Shown one piece after another: positions 31,176-41,108 of a DNA stretch of 64,000 nucleotides. Positions within the stretch are counted from its first letter, which is position 1. Every line of letters begins with the position of its first letter. The translations under genes were made by a program, and so were the position numbers. Below the pieces are notes generated by a model, which was given only the letters and a program-made list of their open reading frames with translations, was not told the origin of the DNA and searched no databases. The stretch spans positions 2,816,001 through 2,880,000 of the forward strand of contig OY970194.1 in assembly GCA_963708075.1 (NCBI GenBank), in the 5' to 3' direction. The stretch is from Sedimentisphaerales bacterium (GTDB lineage: Bacteria; Planctomycetota; Phycisphaerae; Sedimentisphaerales; Anaerobacaceae).

Positions 31176-31266
31176 GGGTGGCAGCGGCAAGCGGAGTCCT
31201 CGGAGCTTGCCGATGGTGTTCCGCATATAGCGAGCCATCGGCAAGCTGCGCTTGCCGCTGCCACCC
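31176..31266. repeat. Palindromic repeat, family A
   Basis: GGGTGGCAGCGGCAAGC...GCTTGCCGCTGCCACCC. Confidence 0.9.
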
Positions 31267-31525
31267 ATCGTAAGCAATGCACTTTGCCCACAACTTTAAG
31301 ATGGTCGCAGTAGTAGGGTGTGCACCGCACACCGATTCCCCTCCCCCCACACCTATCGGGAGAGCCGGGCGTACATCAAGAATTGAGTACCCCTCTGTCA
31401 GAAACGCGGAAGGAAGAGTTGTCAGGACATACAGAGGTTCTTGTGATGCGGCCGATACTCTTAGAGGCTCTAACAGAATGAGCCTCACTATGCCACGTGG
31501 AGAGCAGCGCATCCAGAACAAGAAC

Positions 31526-31542
31526 CACGAAACGGATTACAG
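31526..31542. repeat. 17-bp direct repeat CACGAAACGGATTACAG, downstream copy
   Basis: Identical to 32618-32634; the two copies bracket the DMT gene. Confidence 0.85.
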
Positions 31543-31555
31543 AGCACGTTAAGTC

Positions 31556-32608
31556 TCAATGGTTGTGGCGATGATGTACATCCGGGAAATGCTCGTGGTT
31601 ATGAATCAGCGGCGCATGCCGGTGCTGGTGATTGTGCTTCCTACCGGGGGGTCCCGACTCGTCGTGCTTGTGCTGATGGTGCGCATCGTGGATATGCTCA
31701 TGCTCATGCTCCAGCGCTTCGTGCGTGTGTTCGTGAGGGTGCCGTTCGGTCAGATGCAGCCAGACGCCCAGCGCCATGAGAGCGCCGGCGATCAATAGCC
31801 GCGGGCTGACCGATTCACCCAGGAGCGGAATCGCCAGCAGCGCGCCGAAGAATGGTGCAACGGAGAAGTAGGCTCCGGTTCTGGCCGTCCCGAGATGACG
31901 CAAGCCCACTACGAACAGAGACAGACTGACTCCGTAGGCGAGCCAGCCGACCAGCATCGCTCCCAGGAGATTGGGTAGAGGGGGCCACTTCGCACCCAGC
32001 AGAAAAGCAAGCGTCATGTTCACGCCACCTGCCGTCAAGCCTTTGATCGCGGCAATCCAGGTTGCATCGGATAGGGACACCTTGCGGGTCAGGTTGTTAT
32101 CGATGCCCCATGCCAGGCAGGCCCCCACAACGGCCAAAGCGGGCCAGGCGATGGAGAACCGGGCTTCTCCCGGCCAACTGAGCACAACCGCGCCGGCGAC
32201 GATAGCGGCCATCCCCAGCGCGATACGCCGGTCGAAATTCTCGCGGAAGACGAACCACGCCAGCAGCGTAGTGAACACACCTTCGGCGTTGAGCAGTAGC
32301 GATGCGCCCGATGCTGCCATCCTGGCAAGCCCAAACATCAGCAGCACCGGACCAACCACCCCGCCGGCGAAAATCGCACCGGCCAGCCACGGCCATTCAC
32401 CGGGCGCCAGCTTGCCCGCCGGCGTGTTGCGCACGCGGCGGTACAGACAGAGGCCAACTCCGGACCCGAGGTAGAGCAGGCCGGCCAACAGCCACGGGTC
32501 GAGACCCGACAGCAGCCACTTGGCGAGCGGCGTACCGCCACCGAACAGAAACGCCGCGCCCAAAGCAGCCAGTACGCCATGTTGGCGTAATCCGTGTTTC
32601 CAACTCAT
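31556..32608 (-). CDS. DMT/EamA transporter with a His-rich C-terminal tail
   Basis: LFGGGTPLAK, DNNLTRKVS and GTARTGAYF; tail HPHEHTHEALEHEHEHIHDAHHQH...; RBS GAGGTG. Confidence 0.9.
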   Translation of the reverse strand: MSWKHGLRQHGVLAALGAAFLFGGGTPLAKWLLSGLDPWLLAGLLYLGSGVGLCLYRRVRNTPAGKLAPGEWPWLAGAIFAGGVVGPVLLMFGLARMAASGASLLLNAEGVFTTLLAWFVFRENFDRRIALGMAAIVAGAVVLSWPGEARFSIAWPALAVVGACLAWGIDNNLTRKVSLSDATWIAAIKGLTAGGVNMTLAFLLGAKWPPLPNLLGAMLVGWLAYGVSLSLFVVGLRHLGTARTGAYFSVAPFFGALLAIPLLGESVSPRLLIAGALMALGVWLHLTERHPHEHTHEALEHEHEHIHDAHHQHKHDESGPPGRKHNHQHRHAPLIHNHEHFPDVHHRHNH

Positions 32609-32617
32609 CGTGCACCT

Positions 32618-32634
32618 CACGAAACGGATTACAG
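32618..32634. repeat. 17-bp direct repeat CACGAAACGGATTACAG, upstream copy
   Basis: Identical to 31526-31542. Confidence 0.85.
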
Positions 32635-32830
32635 GATACTCTAAGACTTATTATAAGCTGCTGCGTCTTGTCGTTCAGCCCTGCAATTCATGCATTTTGG
32701 GGACATCTTACTTTTTTCGGCTCGGAATTGAGTGCAGCGTCCCCCGGATATTTGCATTGCGTCTACCGCTTTGCACTCCTGCCGACGCGACAGGAGGGCA
32801 GCGGTCGTCGCTTCTTATCCTGCCGACAAC

Positions 32831-32861
32831 GGGCGGCAGCGGCAAGCGTCAGCTTGCCGAT
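32831..32861. repeat. Palindromic repeat, family A, half copy
   Basis: GGGCGGCAGCGGCAAGCGTCAGCTTGCCGAT. Confidence 0.7.
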
Positions 32862-32871
32862 AGAGCTTCTT

Positions 32872-35659
32872 CTACCTGCGGATCTCGTAGTAATAGGTTG
32901 CATAGCGGCCGTCGATGCGGAAAGAGTCGCCGGTCCGCTCGACTTGCCGGCCGGTCGGGACGCCATAGACGTCAACCACCTGCACGGAAGTCGCCGGGCT
33001 GCCTTTCAGCGTGATCGTCGCCTGGACGGGTTCGAGCAGCAGGGGCGGGCCGCCGGTCTCGACCAATTCTGTGCCGTCCTCGTTGTACACCGTGCCGAGT
33101 TGTTTGTCCCTCGCCAAGGCGGTGATCAGGATATGCCCGGACTCGATCAGCGGACGGTTATCCAGCGGTGTGAACAGCAGCGAGACGAAGGGCGTTGCAA
33201 TCTCCTTGATCGTCACGCCGGGCAGGTCGTACGTGCCGCCGGCAGCGAAGCCGACCACGCCCTGAGTCCTGTCGCTATGGATGGCGACGGTCTTGTCTGC
33301 GAAGTCCCACGTGAGCTGGCCCGTGTTGCTTTGCACGATTTGCCTGCGGCCATTGATCCAGTCTGCCAGTGGGGCAAGGTACGAGGGCGGCTGGCCGTCT
33401 GCCACTTTGAGTGTCACTCGTCCGACAGCAAGCGCTTCGACGGGCGTATCGCCGTGCGCAAGCAGCTCGTTCTCATCGCCGCCCACGCGGCCGGAGGTCT
33501 GCTGCAGGGCGTCCGTGCCGGCGAAGATCGCGCTTGTGGACAGCCGCCGGGCGGAGACGATCTGGCCTTCCGCGAAATGGCCGTTGTAGATCGCGAACGC
33601 GAGGGCGGGGAACTGGCCGATATAGTGCGGCGTCTCCGTCACGTAGGAGTTCATGCCGGGCCAGCCGTTGCCCATGTAACTGCGCGAGCCCGCGAAGTGA
33701 TACGATGCGTCCCAGCCCTGCAGGCCCAGTCCGTAGAACGCCACCAGCGGGGCGATTTCCGCCTTCCACTGGTTCGGCGGCATCTGCGTCCATTCGGTCA
33801 TGAGGAAGGGCTTGTCCTCCACCTGCCACAGGCCGCTGGACAGGATGCCGCGACCGGGCTTGTCCAGATGCGTCTGGTTGTTCACCTTGCCCGTGGTGAT
33901 GCCGTGTCCGCCCGCGCCGCCGCCGCAGTAGTTGTGCCGGTCGATGGCGCCCATGGCGTCATCGGTCCAGACGTTCGCGGCCGAGGCGGCCGGCCCGCCG
34001 GCGTACCAGGCCGTGCTCACCGTCACCGCCTTGTAGCCGATGTCGCGCAGCCGCTGCTGATAGGTTCTCATAGGTCTGCCGCTGCATCTCGGCCAGGAAG
34101 CGGATGAAGTCGCCCATTCGCGTCTTCTCGCTGCTCTTGTTGAATCGCGGGCCGTCCTTCTCCATCTCCCACGCGGCGTAGATGTACATGCTCGTCTCGT
34201 CCACCGAGTCGGGCCGGCTGCGCAGCGACCCATCGCCATTGTACGCGGCGCTGGTCCTGCGTCCTGCACCCCAGGCCTTGCTCAGCGCCTGGTCAGTCTG
34301 GTACTTGCCCTTGACCCACTGCTGCCACAGGAGCTTCAGTCTCGCGCCGTGCTTCGGATACGACTTGCCCGTGACGAAGCCGTCGCCCAGCGGGTTGTGG
34401 AAGAACACGCAGTCCTCGTTTCTCGCCTCCACAACCGCCAGGGCCGGATCGTCCTTGTACGCCAGCCCCGTGTACGGGTTGACATGGTTGAGCACCTCGC
34501 GGGCGTACTGCCATTGCGAGTCCTGGTATTCCTGGATGAACGTGGCCAGGCCGTAGGTGTCCTTGCCGGCCCCCTGGCTGGGCAGTTCGTTGTAGAGCCC
34601 CTGATCGATCCCCTGATCCGGCAGGACCACATGGTGGTAGAAAATGGACCACGTCATGTAGATGCCATTCTTCTTGAGGATGCTGAACCATCGGTCGAGC
34701 TTGTCGAGCCTGGCGGCATCGAAGTGCCGGCCACTCGCGTCGCGGGCCAGCGAGCCGAGCACGCTCTCCACCGGGTGTTGGCGGACCATGTTGATCCCGT
34801 GCTTGGCGTAGAACCTTGCCTGCCGCTCCTGCGCTTCGACCGTATCCGTCATGGAAGCGTCGATGCCCCAGAACTTGACGAATGTGCCGTCCTCGAAGGC
34901 GAAATCCTTGCCGCGGGAGGTGAGGACCCCGCGACTCCCCGCAGGTTTCTCGATCAAACGGCTCACATCGATGATCGAGTCGGCAGAGAACGGATCGGGT
35001 CCGGCCATCAGGACAAACCAGTCGCCCGGCCCCGACGCCGGGGCATTGGGATCAGGCGGAACCACCCCCGCCGGCGCCCACGGGAAGTTGACAAGCGCCA
35101 TCGCGTCGATGCCGCCGTGGTTGTCGGCGTCGCCCGCCCGCCGCGACAAGCGCACCTCGATCTCGCACGAGCCTTGCACAAGATCGAGCGCGCCGCCGTA
35201 GCACCACGCGATGAAACGGATATCGATGCCGGGCTCGACCAGATCGATCATCTGGTCCTTCGCCTCGGAGACATCGAGGGTCTTCCACGCGGTCCATGTG
35301 CCGCCCTGCCGGTAGCGATAGCTGTAGTTCCCGCCGCCGTTGCTGTTGCTGAACGGATTGAGCCGAATCCACCACGAATAGGTCCCGCCCTCGGCGATCG
35401 TGAGCCGGTACGTCGCCGAGGCCTGCTCGGTGGAGCCCTTGCTCGTGTAGTGCGCGAGCCAGGCGCCGCCGGCGGCGCCGGGAGTGCCGGGCGAGAGCAG
35501 GTCCTTCCTGATACCCGTATTCTGATACCACCCGTGCCGATTGAACGAGGTGGCGGCACAGTTCTCGCCCTCGATCCAGATAGCCTCCCTGCCCCCCGCC
35601 GCCTGAGATGCTACGACCAGCAAGACCAGCCCTGTTACGCACGTTTTGAAATCTGCCAT
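32872..35659 (-). CDS. Secreted clan GH-A (GH5-like) glycoside hydrolase with an N-terminal beta-sandwich; +1 frameshift at 34063-34069
   Basis: VKFWG, GINMVRQH and NPYTGLAYKDDPALAVVEARNE (NE acid/base); FLMTEW (candidate nucleophile). Removing one base joins ...QTYE to TYQQRLRDIG. Confidence 0.75.
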
Positions 35660-35855
35660 TTGACCTCTGATCCTCTTGAACTGCACGTCTCCTCCACCCC
35701 TGTGGACGGACCTGCCCATGAACCTTTCACGTGCCGCACACGCGATACGGCTGTTTCTACCGATGCTGCCAATATACCACATCCCAAGGATTTCAGGGAC
35801 ACTTTACCGGCAGTCGGCACTCACCCTTACACATTTGATTTCTGCGAAAAACCAC

Positions 35856-35884
35856 TTGCCGAATCCCCGCCCCGGCGGTAGAAT
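35856..35884 (+). promoter_or_regulatory. Sigma70-type promoter
   Basis: TTGCCG-N17-TAGAAT upstream of the gene at 36110. Confidence 0.45.
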
Positions 35885-36109
35885 ATGGAAAATCGCGGAA
35901 CGAAGGCGGGCGGCATGTTGTTATTATAATTCTCGCCATCATCGATCATAATTCGAACGCCTTTCATACCACGCCCCCCTTCCGAAGGATGTTCCCGCGA
36001 TTTGCGTCGTGGCACGCAAGGACGCAAGGATGTCGGCCCCCTGCTTGCAGGCGGGTCAACGCCGGTGGTCCGGCACGGTATCGTTCTCATTCATCGAAAG
36101 GCGACAATC

Positions 36110-38323
36110 ATGGAGCGGAGCAAGCAGTCAGCAGTCATTTGTATCATCGTGGGCCTTTGCGCAGTCGCACCGGCCAAGATCATCTACGTGGATGACGACG
36201 CTGCGCCGGGTGGCGACGGGGCTTCCTGGCAGAGTGCCTGCAAGTACCTGCAGGATGCGTTAGCGGCGGCCAAGTCGGTAGAGCAACCGGTCGAGATCCG
36301 AGTGGCACAGGGTACCTACAAGCCGGACCAAGGCACGGGGCGGAAGCAAGGTGACACTTCCGCATATTTCGGGTTGTTCGATAGCCTGGCTCTTGAGGGT
36401 GGGTATGCCGGCGCAGGAATGCCCGATCCGGACGCCAGGGATGTGAATGACTACGCTACGGTCCTCAGCGGCGATCTAAGGGGAGATGACCTTCCCGAGC
36501 TCCCCACACAGCCCTGGGAGCAATCCTCCGCTGACCGGGTGGACAACGTCACCCGCGTCGTCCGAGTTACAGGCGAAGATGTTATGATCAACGGTTTTGT
36601 CATCACGGGCGGCGACTACAGCATCATCTCCAGGGGAGGCGGGATCGCCGGCGCGGGAATGTCCATCCTGGGGAACAACATCAAAATCGCCAACTGCACC
36701 TTCACGAACAACAGAACGACAACGAGTTGGGGCGGAGCCATCGCCACTGGAGCCATTGGCTCCGTGGAGATCGTCGACAGCACGTTCAAGGACAACTACG
36801 GAGCCAAGGGCGGCGCCCTGTGTACCAACGGGGGCGGCGTCGATCTGTACCGCTGCGTGTTCATCGGGAACCGCTCGTACATGTCCGGCGGGGCCATAAC
36901 GACCTGGGGCGGTAAGGTGTTCGCAGCTTCCTGCACCTTCATCGGCAACACCAGCGGGTCGGGCAACTGGTGGTCTGAAGGCAACGGCGGGGCCGCCGCC
37001 GCGGAGGCAGAGGGCACGCTGGTATTTGAGGACTCGCTGTTCATGGACAACACCGCGATGGTGTCGGGCGGGGCAATTTGCGGCGACCTGAATTCCACGC
37101 TCACATTGAGGAATTCATTGCTCACTGGAAACATCGCGGCACTAGGGGGCGCCATCGCGGGCAGGAATCTCAAGCTGACGAATTGCACCATTGCGGGCAA
37201 TCGCGCGGCTCAGAACCCGGAGATACGCGCCAGCGGCAACGGCTCATCGCAGTTGTTCAACTGCATTGTCTGGAAGAATGAGAAGGTCCCTCCACAGGAT
37301 CAGACGGTGACCGATTGGCTGGGCGCCTGCTCCTACTGCTGTATCGATCCAAACGCGATTGCCTCGCGGGTGATCGGAAACATAGAGCGGGACCCCGCCT
37401 TTGCCATGCCCGGCTACTGGGACCCCAACAGCACGCCGGAGGATCCGAATGACGACTTCTGGGTGGCCGGTGATTACCACCTCAAGAGCCTGGCCGGACG
37501 CTGGGACCCGAACAGCCAAAGGTGGGTGATGGACGACGTCAGTAGTCCCTGCATCGATGCGGGCGATCCGAATAGCCCGGTCGGCGACGAGCCGGAGCCT
37601 AACGGCGGGCGGATCAACATGGGCGCCTACGGCGGCACGCCCGAAGCCAGCAAATCACGTTTGCCCAAGACATTCAATGAGAGGCTCCAGGACCTTCTGG
37701 CGACTGCCGAGGGCCAACCCAAAGGGCAACCGATGATTCGCAAACGCCAGAACTATATCAGCTTCATCCTGCCGCCCGCTGGGACACACTTCGGTGTCGA
37801 TCCAGACTACCGCAGCCCCGCGGAGAAAGCGGCCAATTGGTTCCTGTACCAATGGCGCGATTTATTTGTCAACTCAAGCAATGCGGTCAGTTTCGAAGTG
37901 AGCCGCGTCGGCACCTTCGACGCGTTCTATCAGCAGAAATACGCGGGTCTCGAAGTCTATGGAGCCCAATTGCACATTGACGTCCGGCAGGATGGCCGTA
38001 TTGAGTCGGTGACGAGCGGTATCCAAGTCGATACGTCGGTCCTGGACACAGGGAAGGTTTCGCTGACGCCTTCCCTGGATGGCGCGATGGCCCAGAGCAA
38101 GGCAATCGGCTTCTTCGCCGCACAATATGGATGGACGGTGACGGAGACATCGCCGCCGATTCTGATGATTTACGGGCCCCTCGTCCTCAGCGAAAAGGGC
38201 GAGATTCGCCTGGTATGGAAAATGGAAACCTATGGCGCGAGCCCACGTATGAATCAAGAAGTATTGGTGGATGCCCACAGCGGAGAGATCGTGCGCCACG
38301 TTTCGCTGATCGCGGTTCGATGA
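36110..38323 (+). CDS. Secreted right-handed beta-helix protein (GGA/FxxN repeats) fused to an FTP/PepSY-like propeptide
   Basis: IIYVDDDA...W.SA..LQDAL; repeated FxxN...GGAI; DYHLKSLAGRWDP...SPCIDAGDP...RINMGAYGG; C-terminal YQQKYAGLEVYG...LVDAHSGEIV. Confidence 0.8.
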   Translation: MERSKQSAVICIIVGLCAVAPAKIIYVDDDAAPGGDGASWQSACKYLQDALAAAKSVEQPVEIRVAQGTYKPDQGTGRKQGDTSAYFGLFDSLALEGGYAGAGMPDPDARDVNDYATVLSGDLRGDDLPELPTQPWEQSSADRVDNVTRVVRVTGEDVMINGFVITGGDYSIISRGGGIAGAGMSILGNNIKIANCTFTNNRTTTSWGGAIATGAIGSVEIVDSTFKDNYGAKGGALCTNGGGVDLYRCVFIGNRSYMSGGAITTWGGKVFAASCTFIGNTSGSGNWWSEGNGGAAAAEAEGTLVFEDSLFMDNTAMVSGGAICGDLNSTLTLRNSLLTGNIAALGGAIAGRNLKLTNCTIAGNRAAQNPEIRASGNGSSQLFNCIVWKNEKVPPQDQTVTDWLGACSYCCIDPNAIASRVIGNIERDPAFAMPGYWDPNSTPEDPNDDFWVAGDYHLKSLAGRWDPNSQRWVMDDVSSPCIDAGDPNSPVGDEPEPNGGRINMGAYGGTPEASKSRLPKTFNERLQDLLATAEGQPKGQPMIRKRQNYISFILPPAGTHFGVDPDYRSPAEKAANWFLYQWRDLFVNSSNAVSFEVSRVGTFDAFYQQKYAGLEVYGAQLHIDVRQDGRIESVTSGIQVDTSVLDTGKVSLTPSLDGAMAQSKAIGFFAAQYGWTVTETSPPILMIYGPLVLSEKGEIRLVWKMETYGASPRMNQEVLVDAHSGEIVRHVSLIAVR

Positions 38324-38383
38324 TACTGCGCGATCTGTTTGGGTTCCACCGCGTGCGTTTGGTCCGGCGGATGTAGGCGATGC

Positions 38384-38677
38384 TCAGTCCGTGGGTCGGC
38401 GTTTGGGGCGGGCGGCGGGTTTGGCGGGTTTCTTGGCTTTCTTGCTCAGGGGGAAGCGGGTCTTTTCGCCGGTTTGCTCGTTGATAACGCTGAACGCGCC
38501 GGTGTCGTCACGCAGCATCTGATCGTTGGCGTTGAGCAGTTCGATCCCGTAGACGGTGCCGTCGGGGGCCAGATCGATCACGAGCTCATCGCTGAGCTTG
38601 ATCGACTCGGCATCGGCCTTCTTCGCTTTGAACCGGATGTAGCCAACATTGTAGCGGGGATCATACGTGAATTTCAT
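38384..38677 (-). CDS. DUF2283 protein (putative antitoxin)
   Basis: MKFTYDP...YIRF...IDLAPDG.VYGIELLNA. Confidence 0.8.
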   Translation of the reverse strand: MKFTYDPRYNVGYIRFKAKKADAESIKLSDELVIDLAPDGTVYGIELLNANDQMLRDDTGAFSVINEQTGEKTRFPLSKKAKKPAKPAARPKRRPTD

Positions 38678-38699
38678 GCAACCCTGCCCTGCCCTTCCA

Positions 38700-38951
38700 T
38701 CAGAAGTACCTGGTGACTACCGAGATGACCATCCAGCCATCATAGCGTCGGATCGCATACGCTTCAATCTGTTTCCAACTGTACTGTTTGCCTCTCCAGA
38801 ACTCGCCGAACTGGACATTGCGGCGAAATCCAAACCGGCCAAACCGTGCACTGAATCGCTCACCGGTCTCCACCGTAAGGACGACCTCTTCCTGGCTCGT
38901 GCCGCGTTCCGCCAGGCGGTCGCGGGCATGGGGATGAAAGCGAACCCTCAT
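38700..38951 (-). CDS. DUF4258 protein (putative RelE-like toxin)
   Basis: RFHPHARDRLAERG...VISVVTRYF; paired with DUF2283. Confidence 0.75.
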   Translation of the reverse strand: MRVRFHPHARDRLAERGTSQEEVVLTVETGERFSARFGRFGFRRNVQFGEFWRGKQYSWKQIEAYAIRRYDGWMVISVVTRYF

Positions 38952-39072
38952 CGTCGCGGTTTCCCATGCCGCACAGCGAAGGCGAACGTGGTGCCGGTGC
39001 CTGGAATCACGACATTAGTATACAATTGCCAAGGCCCCTTGACCAGCATTTTTTGGGGGCTGACGTGGTCCC

Positions 39073-39705
39073 TCAGATCAGGAAGGGGTTGGCCCGTTTC
39101 TCTCGGCCGATGGTCGATCTCATGCCGTGGCCGGGGTAGATGACCGTGTTGTCGGGCAGGGTCAGGAGCTTGCTCTTGATGCCGCGGATTAGTTGACCCA
39201 TATCGCCGCCGGGGAAATCCGTCCGTCCTACGCCGTCGGCGAAGAGGGTGTCGCCGACGAAGATCAGGCCCTCCTGGCGGGCGTACAGGCAAATGCCCCC
39301 CGGGGTATGGCCGGGCGTATGGAGGACTTCCAGGCGGATGCCCGCCTCCTCAATGGTCTGGCCCTCTTCCAGGAGCACATCGGCCGGCTTGGTGGTGTAG
39401 GGCTTCTCCACGAAGCTTGAGAGGTTCGCCGCCGCATTCGCCAGCATCGGTGCATCGAGCTTGTGAATCCCCACCTTCGCTTGGGGGAATTGCTGCCGCA
39501 GCACGTCCAGGCCGACGATGTGATCGACGTGCCCGTGCGTCAGGATCACCGCGACAGGATTCAGCGAGTGCTCGACAAGGAAGTCGACGACCTGCTGAGC
39601 GTCGAAACCTGGGTCGATGACCAGGCAATCCCGGGCCGGCTCATCGACGCGAACGATGTAGCAGTTGGTCTCGAAGTCTCCCAGGATGAACCGGTCTATT
39701 TTCAT
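39073..39705 (-). CDS. MBL-fold metallo-hydrolase (glyoxalase II-like)
   Basis: THGHVDH, HTPGHTPG, GDTLF...GRTD and PGHG. Confidence 0.92.
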   Translation of the reverse strand: MKIDRFILGDFETNCYIVRVDEPARDCLVIDPGFDAQQVVDFLVEHSLNPVAVILTHGHVDHIVGLDVLRQQFPQAKVGIHKLDAPMLANAAANLSSFVEKPYTTKPADVLLEEGQTIEEAGIRLEVLHTPGHTPGGICLYARQEGLIFVGDTLFADGVGRTDFPGGDMGQLIRGIKSKLLTLPDNTVIYPGHGMRSTIGREKRANPFLI

Positions 39706-39753
39706 TCGTCGCGCGTCCTTGCCTGACAATCGCCGGCGGGCGTGAACCCCGCC

Positions 39754-41004
39754 TTACTGTGGCGGCTTGTTCGGCTCCGGGGCGGGCGCGGGCTGTGCGG
39801 CCGGGATTTGCTCGGTCACTGCGGGCTGGGGCGCGGCTGCGGGCTGTTCCTGTGGCTTGGGCGGCTGCGGCTGGGCAGGCTGCGACTGCACCACGGGTTG
39901 CGCCTGGGGCGCCGCCGGCGGCTGATTCGGGTCCGCGGGCCTTGCTTCCGCTTCCTTCTTCACGTCCTCCAGAAGTCCCGAGCGGCTCATCATCAGGTAC
40001 TTCGCCTTCCAGTCCGGGACCTCGTAGATCCAGCCCTTGTGACGCGCCGTGAATTTCAGGGCGTGCTCCTGGGCCTGCAGCTTGGCTTCCTTCTTCTTGA
40101 GCTCCTCGGGCGAATCCTTCTCGTTCGGGTTGATCGTCACCTTGGTCGGGTCGGTGTACTGGGCCTCGCAAATCAGGTACGTCTTGGTCCCCTTCTTGGC
40201 GAGTTGCAGCTTGTACTCGGTGGAGTTTTTCAGCCGGCAGACGTAGGTGGAATCGAAGGTCAATCCCGTGACATCGCTGGGCGTATTGACGTCGTCAAAT
40301 CGCAGGCTGCTCAATGCGTTGAGGACGCTCTTGGCTTCGCTATCCTTGAGCTCCCTGTCGGCGGGCAGATCCGCCAGGACCGCACCGTCGCTTCCCTGCG
40401 GCCGCAGCGTGTAGGCGCCTTCCGGCGTGGTCACCGTCACCGTGTTGACATCCTCGCGTTTGACCGTCACAATCTCCTGGTTGACGTAATCGAGCGCCCG
40501 GTCCTTAAACCACGGCACGTTCTGCGCCACGAATACGGTGTCGCTCGACGCCAGCCGGACGTACGTGTCCTGCCCATTCTCCTGCGATTTCCCAATCACG
40601 ACGCCCGCCAGAAGTGAGCCATCCTGCTTGAAGAACTTGACCACGTGCTTGGCCTTCGCCTCAGCCACCTCGAGATCTTCATGGTTCTTCGGATTGGTCG
40701 TATAGACCTCCGACGTTTTGATGTCGAGGGATTTCGTGACCAGGTCGCTGATCTGTTTCGCATCGGCGGGGTAGTTCACCTCGTTGACGACGACGAACTG
40801 GGTTCCCTGCCGCTGGATTTTGATGGCGTCCTTGCCCTGCCCCACCACGATACTGGCGATGGCGTTCTGGTCAAGCCCCTGGACGAGGTACGCCGGACCG
40901 GATTGTTCGGCATGTTTCCCACCCGGAATCCGCGACTGAACCGCCGCCCAGACAACCATCACTGCCGCTACGATGGCGATTATGCCGAGTTTCTGGTTGC
41001 TCAT
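39754..41004 (-). CDS. DUF4340 protein with a Pro/Gln/Ala-rich tail
   Basis: N-terminal TM; YPAD, IGK...TYVR; last gene of the Gld-like ABC operon. Confidence 0.75.
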   Translation of the reverse strand: MSNQKLGIIAIVAAVMVVWAAVQSRIPGGKHAEQSGPAYLVQGLDQNAIASIVVGQGKDAIKIQRQGTQFVVVNEVNYPADAKQISDLVTKSLDIKTSEVYTTNPKNHEDLEVAEAKAKHVVKFFKQDGSLLAGVVIGKSQENGQDTYVRLASSDTVFVAQNVPWFKDRALDYVNQEIVTVKREDVNTVTVTTPEGAYTLRPQGSDGAVLADLPADRELKDSEAKSVLNALSSLRFDDVNTPSDVTGLTFDSTYVCRLKNSTEYKLQLAKKGTKTYLICEAQYTDPTKVTINPNEKDSPEELKKKEAKLQAQEHALKFTARHKGWIYEVPDWKAKYLMMSRSGLLEDVKKEAEARPADPNQPPAAPQAQPVVQSQPAQPQPPKPQEQPAAAPQPAVTEQIPAAQPAPAPEPNKPPQ

Positions 41005-41020
41005 CCAAGCTACTCCTTCA

Positions 41021-41107
41021 TTGATTATCGATGATTGATAATTGATGATTTGAGGCCGCGTCCCGGCATCCACACAAATAATCAATCATCAATTATCCTT
41101 TATCAAT
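41021..41107. repeat. Inverted blocks of degenerate AT-rich heptamer tandem repeats
   Basis: TTGATTATCGATGATTGATAATTGATG...ATCAATCATCAATTATC; similar blocks at 43911 and 44741. Confidence 0.75.
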
Positions 41108-41108
41108 C

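Noticed and set aside
31336..31380. Group II intron 3' end
   Set aside because: No domain V consensus and no RT ORF.
31468..31555. Integron attC-like site (ACTTAAC after the DMT stop ... GTTAGAG)
   Set aside because: The arms are not complementary, the cores do not match each other, and no integrase or further cassettes are present.
35980..36080. c-di-GMP-I riboswitch (GGACGCAAG)
   Set aside because: The GGCAAAC P1/P2 element and the matching 3' features are missing.
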